Shown here in pieces: positions 8,636 through 18,325 of a stretch of 64,000 nt of DNA. Positions within the stretch are counted from its first letter, which is position 1. Each line of letters starts with the position of its first letter. Origin of the DNA: Candidatus Acidiferrales bacterium (GTDB lineage: Bacteria; Acidobacteriota; Terriglobia; Acidiferrales; UBA7541); assembly GCA_035949735.1 (NCBI GenBank), contig DASYZC010000062.1, positions 4,574-68,573 on the forward strand, in the 5' to 3' direction. The translations under genes and the position numbers were made by a program. The notes beneath the pieces were generated by a model. That model made no database searches, was not told the DNA's origin, and worked only from the letters and a program-made list of their open reading frames with translations.

Positions 8636-9307
8636 TCATTTGAATGCCTGGTCCTCGCGAAAATAAGTGATCGTCAACCCAAGCGGGTTGATGGGAATGA
8701 GCTCGTTGGGAACCTGGTTCTTGAAAACGAAGACGAAATTCGCTGTGTAAAGGTCGCGTTTAATTTCGCTATGGTCGGCGGGCGAGTAGTACAGCATGTA
8801 AAAATCCACTCGCGCCTTATACGGCGGGGCCTGCATGTCTTCGAGTGCAACCTTCTTCACATCTATGTCGATCTCCGGCGCGGACGTGTTCGTCAGAAAC
8901 TTTCGGATAATGTCGTCTTTCCGGTACGCGTCGAGGATGCCATCGGCCAACTTCCCGTCCAGGAAATACAGACCCTTTGAGAAATCATTCTGAATCGTGT
9001 ATCGGTTACGACGGTAGTAGAGGGCGCAAAACTGACTTAGGAAATACTTCGCCTCTGCGTCTTGAGGCTTGTATTCGAAATTGTGGTAGTTGATCGCCTC
9101 GGCCCGCCCGAGGTCGTCGATGCGGATGACGAGAGGCCGGAAGTTCTGGAACGTGCGAATCGTCCTCAGATCAATCAGTGCTAAGGCAACGCACACAATA
9201 GATAGCAGGGCGAGAGCGATCTTCAGATAGGTATTTGTGACCATTGGATCACCGTACTGTTCGAGATAGAGCCGCTTCGCATCGAGAAAACTGGCATCGT
9301 TGTTCAT
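8636..9307 (-). CDS. virB8: VirB8/TrbF-like T4SS inner-membrane component
   Basis: Start set at MNNDASF (ATG 9305-9307, ATGA overlap with the virB6-like stop). A single TM (KIALALLSIVCVALALI) is followed by an NTF2-like periplasmic region typical of VirB8. Confidence 0.7.
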   Translation of the reverse strand: MNNDASFLDAKRLYLEQYGDPMVTNTYLKIALALLSIVCVALALIDLRTIRTFQNFRPLVIRIDDLGRAEAINYHNFEYKPQDAEAKYFLSQFCALYYRRNRYTIQNDFSKGLYFLDGKLADGILDAYRKDDIIRKFLTNTSAPEIDIDVKKVALEDMQAPPYKARVDFYMLYYSPADHSEIKRDLYTANFVFVFKNQVPNELIPINPLGLTITYFREDQAFK

Positions 9308-10146
9308 GCTAGAAAGTCCTGAAGGATTTGTGCCGACGAGCCGCCCGACGTGCCACTGAAAATGTGATTCGTCAGAGCTGGAACTCTCAGCAGCACGTAA
9401 ATGGAAGCGACGAAAGTGATGAGTAAGACAGGAAACCAGCCAAGGAGCTGCACGGTTGAAATCGACCCATTGGGCTGCAAGTTGAGAATTCCAAGGATCA
9501 GATTGCCAATGATAAAAACGACCGCTGCCGCGATCACCTGATAAAAGGCGTATTGAATGAAGCAGCGGAACCAACCCCAGAAGAGCCACTCCAATTTCGG
9601 GACTATGAAGAACGGTATGAATATCGGGCCAACAAGGACGCACACGGCAGTGGCAATAAATCCGTAGGCGATCACGACGATAGCGATGGCCTGCGCTGCG
9701 GCGAGTAAAATAATTACAACTGCGTAGATCAGCGTGCCAAGGATGTCGCCCCAGGTTGGGGAGTCTAGGCGGGATTCAAAATCCGAAACGCGTTCTGTGA
9801 CTGTCTGCAATTCTGCCTGATTGATCCGGTTGGCTAGGAATTGGGACTCATCCGTAATCAGATTGTGGAAGCTCGTTCCGATTCCTGGAATTGGGTTGCT
9901 GTAGTAATTGACCATCCCGAAGCCAAGGCTGATCGTCATAAGCAGGCTGGCAAAGTTGTCGAAATGGAAGGGATGTTTCCCAGCAGCAGCGGCAAGAGCG
10001 GATTTCACTCCGAACCAAACAACTAAAATTGTGGCGAAGGAGCGAAACAGGTTTTGGCCCATAGTGTCGAAGAAGCCGAGATTCTGCGTGAGCAGATTGT
10101 TGATCGCCTGAAAGATGAACTGCAGGAAGTCTGGCTGCTGCTGCAT
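9304..10146 (-). CDS. virB6: VirB6/TrbL-like polytopic T4SS membrane protein
   Basis: 280 aa with at least 5 hydrophobic helices and a central loop. It occupies the position between the VirB5 and VirB8 homologues. Confidence 0.75.
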   Translation of the reverse strand: MQQQPDFLQFIFQAINNLLTQNLGFFDTMGQNLFRSFATILVVWFGVKSALAAAAGKHPFHFDNFASLLMTISLGFGMVNYYSNPIPGIGTSFHNLITDESQFLANRINQAELQTVTERVSDFESRLDSPTWGDILGTLIYAVVIILLAAAQAIAIVVIAYGFIATAVCVLVGPIFIPFFIVPKLEWLFWGWFRCFIQYAFYQVIAAAVVFIIGNLILGILNLQPNGSISTVQLLGWFPVLLITFVASIYVLLRVPALTNHIFSGTSGGSSAQILQDFLA

Positions 10147-10188
10147 GGCGTCGGCTCCTTCGACCTGGGCTGTAATTCCGGTGCAGGC

Positions 10189-11010
10189 TTACTGCATGCG
10201 GAAGTTCTGGAGTGAATTGGTGAGCGTTCCGGTCACCTGAGCCATGTTGCCGGAGATGCTCGCTTGGCGACCGATGTCGGTATTAATGGCGTTTGTTGTG
10301 GCGTCGCGCTGTTGCTTTGCCAGGATGGTTTGCTGTTCCAGAAGCGACGCGAGAAGTTTGTTCGAGTCCTGGACCGTGCGGAGAGTCAAAACACCTGCCG
10401 CATTGATCTTGTTGAGGACGGAGACTTCACTGTTGAGATCGGAATCGCCCGAGAACGAGTCCTGTTCGAGGTTAGCGATCTGTGCCTCGACGCTCTGGGC
10501 GTTGCCACGGATCGACCCGATGGTGGCCATCGCATTCATATTTGCGCCGTCGGCCAGTTCCACAGAGGCGTACTGGGACTGGACGCGTCCGAGTTCGGCA
10601 GAATCCATTCCTGAAAGTTCGTACGGGTCGTACTGAGACAGTGGGGTTGTCGCCTTGAGGTAGCCGGTGTTGATGGTTGGGAACAGACCGGAGTTGATAC
10701 CGTTAATCCAAGACCCGGTATTCCCAAAAGTGTTCATTGAGGTTACATTTCGCCACTGGGAAAATGCCGCGCGGTAACGGGCGGGCATGTTTCGGATAAA
10801 TGTGGCCATCTGCATGGCGAGGTTGAGTTGGTTGGTGATCTTGGCGTAGCTCTTTTGCAGCTGAACCAGGTGCTGCTGGAGCTGGTAGTAGCGGAGCAGC
10901 GCGTTGTGATAGTTCGTCGGGTCGTAGACGATTCCGCTACCGAATTGAGCGGTGGCAGTGCCAACGCCCAATCCCAACGCGAGGACGCAAGCCAGAATCT
11001 TTTTTTTCAT
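10189..11010 (-). CDS. virB5: VirB5/TrbJ-like secreted T4SS protein
   Basis: Signal peptide MKKKILACVLALGLGVGTATAQ. The segment VYDPTNYHNALLRYYQLQQHLVQLQ resembles the conserved TrbJ N-terminus. The rest is helical. Confidence 0.75.
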   Translation of the reverse strand: MKKKILACVLALGLGVGTATAQFGSGIVYDPTNYHNALLRYYQLQQHLVQLQKSYAKITNQLNLAMQMATFIRNMPARYRAAFSQWRNVTSMNTFGNTGSWINGINSGLFPTINTGYLKATTPLSQYDPYELSGMDSAELGRVQSQYASVELADGANMNAMATIGSIRGNAQSVEAQIANLEQDSFSGDSDLNSEVSVLNKINAAGVLTLRTVQDSNKLLASLLEQQTILAKQQRDATTNAINTDIGRQASISGNMAQVTGTLTNSLQNFRMQ

Positions 11011-11031
11011 CGAACTGTTCTCCTTCCGCCT

Positions 11032-12330
11032 TCACAAATCAGAAGGCATCTTGTGGTTGTTGTAATCGGGCAATGCGAGATCGCCCGAGAGATAGACTTT
11101 GACTCGGTGGCCTTCACGGATGGTCACCGTGGGCATGATGTTCAAGAACTTGTCTAGGATTTGCGCTGAGGATTGCGCGGTGCTTTGCGCGAATCCCTGG
11201 CGCATAAGGTCAGAACTGGATGCGTTGAGCGAGCCTGCTGTTCCACCTTCGGCGACCGCTCCCAGAGCACCGATGGCGAGCGACACTCCGAAGATGCGGA
11301 GATAGTGGTTGTTCACCTGATCGCGCAAGCCTGTATCGCCAATTTGGTTGAGACCCTTGAATTGATCGAGGCTTACGGAATAGCCGTCCGGCATGAGCGC
11401 TCGATGGAACACGACGGCCAGACGTGTCTGGCCGAAGGTGTCCACTTTCTTGGTTTCGCCAAGCAGCTTTGAACCTGCGGGTATCAACAAGTGCTGGCGG
11501 TCGTTGGAATAGACGTTGGTTGAGAGTAGGCACTCGACGGGGCCTGCGAAACTCCCGTCGAGGCGATTGATGAGAACGGTTTCGAGGATAGTTCCTTCAA
11601 ATAGCAGGTAGGTTTTTCCTGCCGAAGCATTTGCAGATCCAGCGGACACGGCGGCAGGGTTTTTCTTTTCCTCCTTTCGGTTATTCGCTGTTTCCGGGGA
11701 ATCGCCTCGCACCGGCGCAAGCGATGAAGCATCGGGCGCGGGCGAAAGCGGATTGGGTTGCATCTGTTTCAGGAGTTGTGCGACCTGTGGGTCCTCCGGT
11801 CCCACGGGGACAAGGTTCTGGGTTGCAGCAGCGAGTGCCTCAGGTTGAGGTGCTGGCGGAGTTGCAGGTGCCTTGCGGTAGGTCAGAGCGACATTCGAGG
11901 CAAACAGCGACACGTAGGCACGTCTCTTCCGCTCCGCCTGAATTGGGTCCTCCGCTCCCTGATTAGGGAGGTTGCCGGAGACGCTCTGTTGCTGGATTTG
12001 TTGCGAATCCTGCGGACCAGCGGCACCAAGCAGCCGAGTCTGCTGTGTAAGAGCACTCTGCGCGACCAGTTGTTGGCGTTGCAAATCTTCTATCCGATTT
12101 TGCAGGTCGGCAATCTTCGTTTCGTTGACTTCGAGCGGTGCCTGTGACGATGCGGCGGACGACGCTGCTTTGGCTGGTGTTGGCGGCTTCTTACCCCCGG
12201 TCAACCACATGATGGCGACCATGAGGAACGCCAGGCCGATGAGGAGCCAGGATTGAACGTTCTTTGGGAGAAGACCCAGGGGTTTCTGCGTTTTCTCCTG
12301 AACGCTAGCGGGTTGGTTCGGTTGATTCAT
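11032..12330 (-). CDS. virB10: VirB10/TrbI-like T4SS protein
   Basis: An N-terminal TM is followed by a Pro/Gln-rich linker. The C-terminal block is LLFEGTILETVLINRLDGSFAGPVECLL...LLIPAGSKLLGE. I prefer the start MNQPNQ (12330); the ORF could start at 12366. Confidence 0.85.
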   Translation of the reverse strand: MNQPNQPASVQEKTQKPLGLLPKNVQSWLLIGLAFLMVAIMWLTGGKKPPTPAKAASSAASSQAPLEVNETKIADLQNRIEDLQRQQLVAQSALTQQTRLLGAAGPQDSQQIQQQSVSGNLPNQGAEDPIQAERKRRAYVSLFASNVALTYRKAPATPPAPQPEALAAATQNLVPVGPEDPQVAQLLKQMQPNPLSPAPDASSLAPVRGDSPETANNRKEEKKNPAAVSAGSANASAGKTYLLFEGTILETVLINRLDGSFAGPVECLLSTNVYSNDRQHLLIPAGSKLLGETKKVDTFGQTRLAVVFHRALMPDGYSVSLDQFKGLNQIGDTGLRDQVNNHYLRIFGVSLAIGALGAVAEGGTAGSLNASSSDLMRQGFAQSTAQSSAQILDKFLNIMPTVTIREGHRVKVYLSGDLALPDYNNHKMPSDL

Positions 12331-13195
12331 CGCTCGCTCCTCTGTTCGCGGCAACGCGGCGCGCAAACGGCAGTTTCTTTTTGCCGATGACGAGGTAGCC
12401 GGTGTCGATGATCTTGGGTGCGATGTAAACGCCGTTCTCGACTTGGAACGAGATCAGGTTCGGCTTGCCGTCCTTGATTTCATAGAGAGCGGGTGTCTCC
12501 CGTGCGCCGCACTTGATATAGGTGAACGAGTCGTCGTGATAGATGGTGGACACCATGAACGGCTCGCGGCCAGCTTTCGAGTCGAGGAGATAGTCGAATT
12601 GGAGTTTAGGTGCGTAGCTGGACCGGAAATGGTTGAGCTGTTCGGCGGACTGGGCTTGCGCAGCGCGGATTTGATCCGCAGTCTGCGAGCGGAGCCTTTC
12701 CAACTCCTTCTTGTACGCGTCCGCCTCGCTCGCGCTCACATAGCCGCGCAGTCCGGTGTTTGCCGCGATCCCGGAGCCTTCCTTTGATTCGACGAAAATC
12801 TTGAGATCGGGTTCGGCATTCGGTTGGTTACTGATTTCGGTTAGCAGGAACGAATAGACGTGACCGCTTGCGGTGATGAGATTCAGATTGCTGCGGATAC
12901 CGGTCTGCGCCGGATGCACATAACACAAATTGTGCGCACCGTTGATGACCCAGAACTCCTTGTCGCCGGTGGTGAAGTCGAGAATCTCCTCATCCTCGGG
13001 AAGAACAATGAGCGTCGAAAAGCGGAGCTTGGCCCGAACGGGGACGATATCTTCCTTCGAATACTTCACAACCCGCGCCGCCACTTCCGTTGCAGCGTGC
13101 GTGGGTGTAGCGTGGAAGACGCCTACGCCCACAACTAGGAGGGCAAGGACCCGGAAGAGAAAGCTATGCAACTGAGTATGAAACATTTGTTTCAT
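12305..13195 (-). CDS. virB9: VirB9/TrbG-like T4SS outer-membrane complex protein
   Basis: Start MKQMFHTQ is preceded by AAAGGAG. A signal peptide is present. The block VPVRAKLRFSTLIVLPEDEEILDFTTGDKEFWVI is VirB9-like. The raw ORF's 106-codon N-terminal extension is rejected. Confidence 0.85.
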   Translation of the reverse strand: MKQMFHTQLHSFLFRVLALLVVGVGVFHATPTHAATEVAARVVKYSKEDIVPVRAKLRFSTLIVLPEDEEILDFTTGDKEFWVINGAHNLCYVHPAQTGIRSNLNLITASGHVYSFLLTEISNQPNAEPDLKIFVESKEGSGIAANTGLRGYVSASEADAYKKELERLRSQTADQIRAAQAQSAEQLNHFRSSYAPKLQFDYLLDSKAGREPFMVSTIYHDDSFTYIKCGARETPALYEIKDGKPNLISFQVENGVYIAPKIIDTGYLVIGKKKLPFARRVAANRGASDESTEPTR

Positions 13196-13380
13196 TGATC
13201 TGCTCCTTTTGAGACTGACTGATGTTTCAGGGAACCTTGGTCGCGACCGGAAATGACCACGACAGACAACTGAACGCCAAAAATGATTGCGGTGGCGAAT
13301 CCCGCGAGCACGAGAGGCAGGAACACATAAAGCGGATCGGTTCCCGGCGCGCACGCTTGGAGAAAACAATGAAAATTCAC
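13192..13380 (-). CDS. Small single-TM protein (62 aa) between virB4 and virB9
   Basis: ATGA overlaps on both sides. One hydrophobic helix, LPLVLAGFATAIIFGVQLSVVVI. It may be a VirB7-position protein, but there is no clear lipobox context. Confidence 0.4.
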   Translation of the reverse strand: MNFHCFLQACAPGTDPLYVFLPLVLAGFATAIIFGVQLSVVVISGRDQGSLKHQSVSKGADQ

Positions 13381-15845
13381 TGGTGCCCTCCCGCGAGCAC
13401 TTCAAGACCTCGTTCAAAGCCGTAGGTCTCGAAAGCCTCCTTCCGTTTTTTGTTGTCGTAAGGATCGTTCGTATAGAGCCAGTAGCTCTTCGGGTCCACC
13501 GTGAGATTCGCAACCTTCGCCAGCTCTGGCGTCTTAATCAGGAATTGCTGCTTGGGGATGAGGCCCGAGATCAGTTCGACCTCGTTTTCGTTCAGGTGGA
13601 ACTGACGGCGGTACAGATCCCGGTCCATATCGGGGTTCGCGAGGAAGATTTTGGTGGCACAGCTTTCGATGATTACGTCGATGATGTCCGAGCGCTTGAG
13701 TTCATCGAGGGATTGCGTCGAGAGGATCATGGCGGCGTTGTGCTTGCGCCACGTCTTGAGGGCCTCGACGACGTACCGTTGAATGCTGGGGTTCTTCAAG
13801 AACACCCATGCCTCGTCGATGAAGAAGGCTTTGAAAACAGATGAAATCTGACGGTCCGCGATGACAGCATTGGCGCGATGCAAAATGTAGAAGAGCAGCG
13901 GTTCCAGAAGTTCCGGGTACTGGCTCATGCGCTGGAAGTCGAAGCACTGAAAGCGGGAGAACGAGATCGTGTCCTCGGAGTTGTCGAAGAGGAATCCGAA
14001 CTGGCCCCCTCGGGTCCATTTGGAGAGACGGCTGGCAACATCATGCCCGAGCGTGTTCGCCAGCACGCCCAGCGTGCGCAGCGCGGGGTCCACTGCATAC
14101 AGGTTCTCGACCTGATGGAAGAGATCGCGGTCGGTGGCGGGATCGAGCTCGCCCGCTCTCTGGCCTTGCATCAAGACTTTCAGGAAGAGAGCTAGGAAGT
14201 CGAGATTCTCTTTCGTGGGTGGCAGCGAAAACGGGTTGATCTTGAAGTCCTCGGACTCAAGCCCAACTCGAACATACGACCCGCCGAAAAGCTGAGTGAG
14301 GCTTTCAAAGCTTCCGCCCAAATCGAAGATGAAGGTGTGCGGCGCGTACTTTTGCAGGTTGGTGATCAGGAAGTTCAAAAGAAAACTTTTCCCCGCTCCC
14401 GTTCGCCCGAGAATCATCGTGTGAGCCACATCGCGGTAATGAAGGTTCAAGAAGTAAGGGGTGCGGTGATTGGTCTCAAGGACCGCAAGATACTCCTGCC
14501 GGAGATGCTCGTTGTGCGGCTCGCCCCGATGAAGGGTGAAGAGAAACGAGAAGTCCGCATAGTTGGTGTTGAGCAGATACAGGGACCGTAGGTTGAAGAC
14601 GTGGTTGCCGGGAACCGCCGCGAGGAAGGCGTTCAGAAGGTTGTATTTTTCTTCATAGAGCTGGGCGTCGTGGACACTGAAAACCTTGTAGAAGTCGGCG
14701 CACGCTCGCTCAACCTTGGCCACGTCGAGGTCGTAAATGACGACAGTGAGGGAGAACTGCCCGAAGTAATTGCCATGCAGCTCGATCTCCTTGATGCCTT
14801 CACCCAGTTCGCGGACCTGGCTCTCTTTCGAATCGTCTAGCAGCACATCCTGCGGAGCCGAGTCGTTCATGTTGACTTGGCTGACGAAGGATCGCTTGGT
14901 GTTGTGAAAATGGCGGCGCTTGCTCTGGATGACCCGGCGCATCCTGCCGGAATCTTCCTTTTTCCATTCCGTCACGACGTAATAATTGGCTTCAACTTCA
15001 AGGAGGCGCTTGAAGATGAGCGGAAAGCTCTGAGCGGAAGGCTCCTTGAGCGTTAATACTTTGACGTAGTAATCGTCCACGCGAAGATGTCCGCGATGGC
15101 ACTCGATGGGAGATTCGGGAAGATAGTAGTCAAGGAAGGTGTCGTATTTGAGTTTAGCGAGTTCGAGTTTGCCAGGTTCGAAGTTGAGCGTTCTCTTGAG
15201 AACGCGGAAGGCTTCCCCTTTGTCGAGCATCCGAACAGCGAGGAAGTCGCTGACTTGGAGGATGAAGCTGCGTGCCTTTTGAAGCAGCGCTGCCTGCGCG
15301 TTGCTGACGTGCTCCCCCAGAACGACCAGTTGCTTTTGACCCGAAAAATGTGCCCGCAGATCCGCTAAGGCTTTCTTTGGATTCTTGGGAAATTCGGCGA
15401 GCGCGCCTCCGAGTTTCTGTGAAGTCTGAAATCCCTCGTACAGCACCACGTAATAGACGGCGAGGGAAAACAGCGTGTCGGCCTTGCCGCCAAGGTACGC
15501 GATGCGATTCTTGATCGCGGCGTCCACTATGGAACTGTCGTAGAGCTTGTAGGGGATCACTTCGTTGTTGCGCTTGAAAAGGTACTGGTAGAGGCGGTAG
15601 TTTTCGTCGAACAGTTTCAAGGCCGATTCGAGGCGTTTGGTGAAACCATCAATCGACGCGTCATCGAGACACTCATAGTCAACACCGCGAACTTCGAGGA
15701 TGACGCCCACCTCCCCGCTCTTAGTGAGAAAAACGTGTGGTCCGATGAAACCGTAGAGATTGATCTGCTCGCTGAGAGAGCCGGTTTCGTTATAGTTTTT
15801 GAAGACTCGGCTAAGCCTGAGCATGGCCATCCCTTCGGATTGCAA
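13377..15845 (-). CDS. virB4: VirB4/TrbE T4SS ATPase
   Basis: 822 aa. Walker A ILGRTGAGKSFLLN and Walker B FFIDEAWVFL. The start could be one of the Met codons a few residues downstream (MAMLRL). Confidence 0.95.
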   Translation of the reverse strand: MQSEGMAMLRLSRVFKNYNETGSLSEQINLYGFIGPHVFLTKSGEVGVILEVRGVDYECLDDASIDGFTKRLESALKLFDENYRLYQYLFKRNNEVIPYKLYDSSIVDAAIKNRIAYLGGKADTLFSLAVYYVVLYEGFQTSQKLGGALAEFPKNPKKALADLRAHFSGQKQLVVLGEHVSNAQAALLQKARSFILQVSDFLAVRMLDKGEAFRVLKRTLNFEPGKLELAKLKYDTFLDYYLPESPIECHRGHLRVDDYYVKVLTLKEPSAQSFPLIFKRLLEVEANYYVVTEWKKEDSGRMRRVIQSKRRHFHNTKRSFVSQVNMNDSAPQDVLLDDSKESQVRELGEGIKEIELHGNYFGQFSLTVVIYDLDVAKVERACADFYKVFSVHDAQLYEEKYNLLNAFLAAVPGNHVFNLRSLYLLNTNYADFSFLFTLHRGEPHNEHLRQEYLAVLETNHRTPYFLNLHYRDVAHTMILGRTGAGKSFLLNFLITNLQKYAPHTFIFDLGGSFESLTQLFGGSYVRVGLESEDFKINPFSLPPTKENLDFLALFLKVLMQGQRAGELDPATDRDLFHQVENLYAVDPALRTLGVLANTLGHDVASRLSKWTRGGQFGFLFDNSEDTISFSRFQCFDFQRMSQYPELLEPLLFYILHRANAVIADRQISSVFKAFFIDEAWVFLKNPSIQRYVVEALKTWRKHNAAMILSTQSLDELKRSDIIDVIIESCATKIFLANPDMDRDLYRRQFHLNENEVELISGLIPKQQFLIKTPELAKVANLTVDPKSYWLYTNDPYDNKKRKEAFETYGFERGLEVLAGGHQ

Positions 15846-16116
15846 TCGGAGAGAATTTCATCGGGTCGTATTGAGCGCGGATTCTTGCAGCCGTCAGCAG
15901 AAATCTCAGAATCTGTGGATCGGTTTGGGTGGCCCAGCGAGCCATGAAGTAGAGCAACAAAAACATCAGCAACCCACCGAATAGGCTATTGAGAAGGTTG
16001 AAGGTGGCAGCGCCAAGACACATGGCGAAGAAGAAGAGCTTTCGCTCGGCCCCAAGGATAGTCAGTGGTCGGGAGAGCGACCGATGCACTCTGTTGATTC
16101 GTCTTGCTTCCGCCAC
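15811..16116 (-). CDS. virB3: VirB3/TrbD-like protein
   Basis: 101 aa. The segment LSRPLTILGAERKLFFFAMCLGAATF is followed by a second TM. It sits between the pilin and VirB4 homologues. Confidence 0.8.
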   Translation of the reverse strand: MAEARRINRVHRSLSRPLTILGAERKLFFFAMCLGAATFNLLNSLFGGLLMFLLLYFMARWATQTDPQILRFLLTAARIRAQYDPMKFSPIAIRRDGHAQA

Positions 16117-16140
16117 GTGCTTCTCCTTTGAGTGCGTACT

Positions 16141-16458
16141 TCAGTTGCCGGGAAAAAGCCACGACAGGAAATTCACCGCCGCGATAGCCATGCCGACTCC
16201 GAAGAGCACACCGGCGAGCACACGCTTCGAGCCTCCTTCACCGAAGGCGAATGTTAGACCGGCCACGACAATAGCAACGAGCGAGAGGCCGCGAGCAATG
16301 GTGCTGGTGAAAGCCTGCTGCAGCACGCTAACAGCGTTCTCCCAGGGGGAAGTCCCTTGGGCGAAGGCAGGCGTAGCCAGGACCAGCCCTGCCACAACTA
16401 CGCACGCCTGACGGGAAGCTGCCTTTAATCGACTTGCATTTCGCCAGATGATTCTCAT
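16141..16458 (-). CDS. virB2: VirB2/TrbC-type pilin precursor
   Basis: 105 aa with a long signal sequence ending PAFAQG, followed by two hydrophobic helices. It is the first gene of the operon. Confidence 0.8.
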   Translation of the reverse strand: MRIIWRNASRLKAASRQACVVVAGLVLATPAFAQGTSPWENAVSVLQQAFTSTIARGLSLVAIVVAGLTFAFGEGGSKRVLAGVLFGVGMAIAAVNFLSWLFPGN

Positions 16459-16894
16459 GTTGGGAAAACTCCTTTGCGCTCGATCTCGCCTGAGAGTAGT
16501 TGGGAGAGTTCTCGCGTCATCTCGGGCCGTCAGCGATCAGCAAACGCAAGGTCGAAGAACCGCTCTCCTGGTTTGAAAGTCCTTGCGCGCGGTCAAGGCA
16601 CACTTGGAGCAGGCGCTCCTACCAGAGGGTTTCTACCTTCGCGTCCGGCTTGACGTTTGTCGGCTAGCTGCGATGCTTAGCGGCTCACAGGTGAGGTTTG
16701 TGGCCGCCCAGCCCGTAGCGGAGAATTCAGCGAGAACTCCCCTCATTTACAAGGAGGCTTTGAGGAAGAAAAAAGTAAGAAGAAAAATCTGCACAACTTA
16801 AGGGTGCCTTTGGGGTTCTATTGACATCATAACAAACAGCGTGCCACGCTTTTAATGCCCATTCCCACTGGCCGGAGCCTGGACGAGTGACCCG

Positions 16895-17524
16895 ATGGAG
16901 AGACCAGACCCGTATGGCGAATGGGTACTCCGCCAGAACACTAACTCAAAGGACGGTACCCCCGCGCCAGTCGACGAAACGCTGCTGGCCGCAGCTCGCG
17001 CATCGTGGCCGCGCGTCTTAGCACATGCCAGACTAGAACTTCGGAGCAAGAATTCCGAGGGTGAGACTGAAGCCTTGACCGCAGAGGTCTGGGAATCGGT
17101 ACTAAAGTCCGTAGCCAAGGCCCTTCAAAGGAACCGCGAGAAGGGACGGACGATTGCAAACCTCGAAGGATATTTGTTCGCGGCTTTCCACCATCGCTTC
17201 AATAGATTCCTTAAATCAGAACAGAGGCGAGACGACGCGATTGAACTTGTTTCGTCGTCGATGGATTTCGATAAAATCGCGACTGCACAGGACACGCGAT
17301 GGGTTTCCGAACTGGAAACTGCGATTGCGGTTAGAGAAATCATTCGGCTGATGGATGGCCGGACCCGAAAGATTTGGCAGGCGCGGCAGTACGGCTATTC
17401 CTGGAAGGAGATTTCAAAGTGGTTGGGTGTAACGGAACAGCAGGCAAAGATGAAGTTTCGATATGGTCTGGCGAAGACTCGGGAGAGTCTGCTCAGGACG
17501 CGCAAGCGAAACTCAGGTCAGTGA
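16895..17524 (+). CDS. ECF-type sigma-70 family factor
   Basis: Region-2-like LEGYLFAAFHHRFNRFLKSEQRR. Region-4 HTH TRKIWQARQYGYSWKEISKWLGVTEQQAKMKFRYG. Confidence 0.75.
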   Translation: MERPDPYGEWVLRQNTNSKDGTPAPVDETLLAAARASWPRVLAHARLELRSKNSEGETEALTAEVWESVLKSVAKALQRNREKGRTIANLEGYLFAAFHHRFNRFLKSEQRRDDAIELVSSSMDFDKIATAQDTRWVSELETAIAVREIIRLMDGRTRKIWQARQYGYSWKEISKWLGVTEQQAKMKFRYGLAKTRESLLRTRKRNSGQ

Positions 17525-17641
17525 GCTATAAATTATTTCTGTTGAGTCTGACTGCTTTAAGGCGTTCAATTCTCGTAAGGTGAGGCTGGTCTGAGCGAAA
17601 AGGCATATACCGCGAAGGAAGAGAGGGATGTCCTAGCTGCA

Positions 17642-18250
17642 TTGGGTCGAGGGCTTCGCGACGAGTTCCCGAATCCCGAGCGGGTTGGATGTCCTGCTCA
17701 GGAGATTGTCGCTGCCATCGCCGCGCACAGGATGCCTTTATCTCAAGCCCAGTCGTACCTGGAGCATTTGACTTCCTGCAGCCCATGCTACCGCGATTTT
17801 TCGCACCTTCAGGCGCAGTACCGCCAACGCCGAACGAGAATGGTCCTTGCGGTTGCGGCAAGCGTATTGATCGTGGTCGGTCTAGCGACTTGGGCATTGC
17901 TCCGCCCGCATGGTCAGCAAACAGCGCGTGCGGTAATCGATTTGAGAGATCGCTCGATGGCGCGAGGAAATGAACCTCCTCCGTCCGAAACGCCTCTGGA
18001 GATTCCAAAGAACGTCGCGGCCTTGGACATTTATCTCCCCTTGGGAAGTGGTGAGGGTTCCTATGATGTCCGCGTCATCTCTGCTAATGGAGAATCTCTC
18101 CTCTCGGCTACGGGAGAAGCGAAGCTGGATCATGGGTTGACGATTTTGAATATTGACGTGGGACCCCGTTTATCGAGGCCGGGCAACTATATTTTTCAGG
18201 TTCGAAGGCAGCAATCCGAGTGGGGTTCATTCGCTTTGCACGTGCGTTAG
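17642..18250 (+). CDS. Zinc-binding (ZAS-type) anti-sigma factor with one TM
   Basis: H-x3-C-x2-C motif EHLTSCSPC with an upstream Cys (GCPAQE). TM MVLAVAASVLIVVGLATWALL. It lies directly after the ECF gene. The annotated start is a TTG. Confidence 0.7.
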   Translation: MGRGLRDEFPNPERVGCPAQEIVAAIAAHRMPLSQAQSYLEHLTSCSPCYRDFSHLQAQYRQRRTRMVLAVAASVLIVVGLATWALLRPHGQQTARAVIDLRDRSMARGNEPPPSETPLEIPKNVAALDIYLPLGSGEGSYDVRVISANGESLLSATGEAKLDHGLTILNIDVGPRLSRPGNYIFQVRRQQSEWGSFALHVR

Positions 18251-18325
18251 GATTGGCACTCGACGGCACTGTGAAGCTAGACTCTTCCTCGCTTGTCCAT
18301 ATTCGCTTGTTGAGGCAGGGCAACA

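Noticed and set aside
12305-13513. Long N-terminal extensions of raw ORFs (VirB9 to 13513, S41 peptidase to 22602, orphan MTase to 32745, multicopper oxidase to 52537, GMC copy 2 from 58105)
   Set aside because: In each case an internal Met begins a signal peptide, a conserved N-terminus or an ATGA/RBS-coupled start. The upstream part overlaps the neighbouring gene in another frame.
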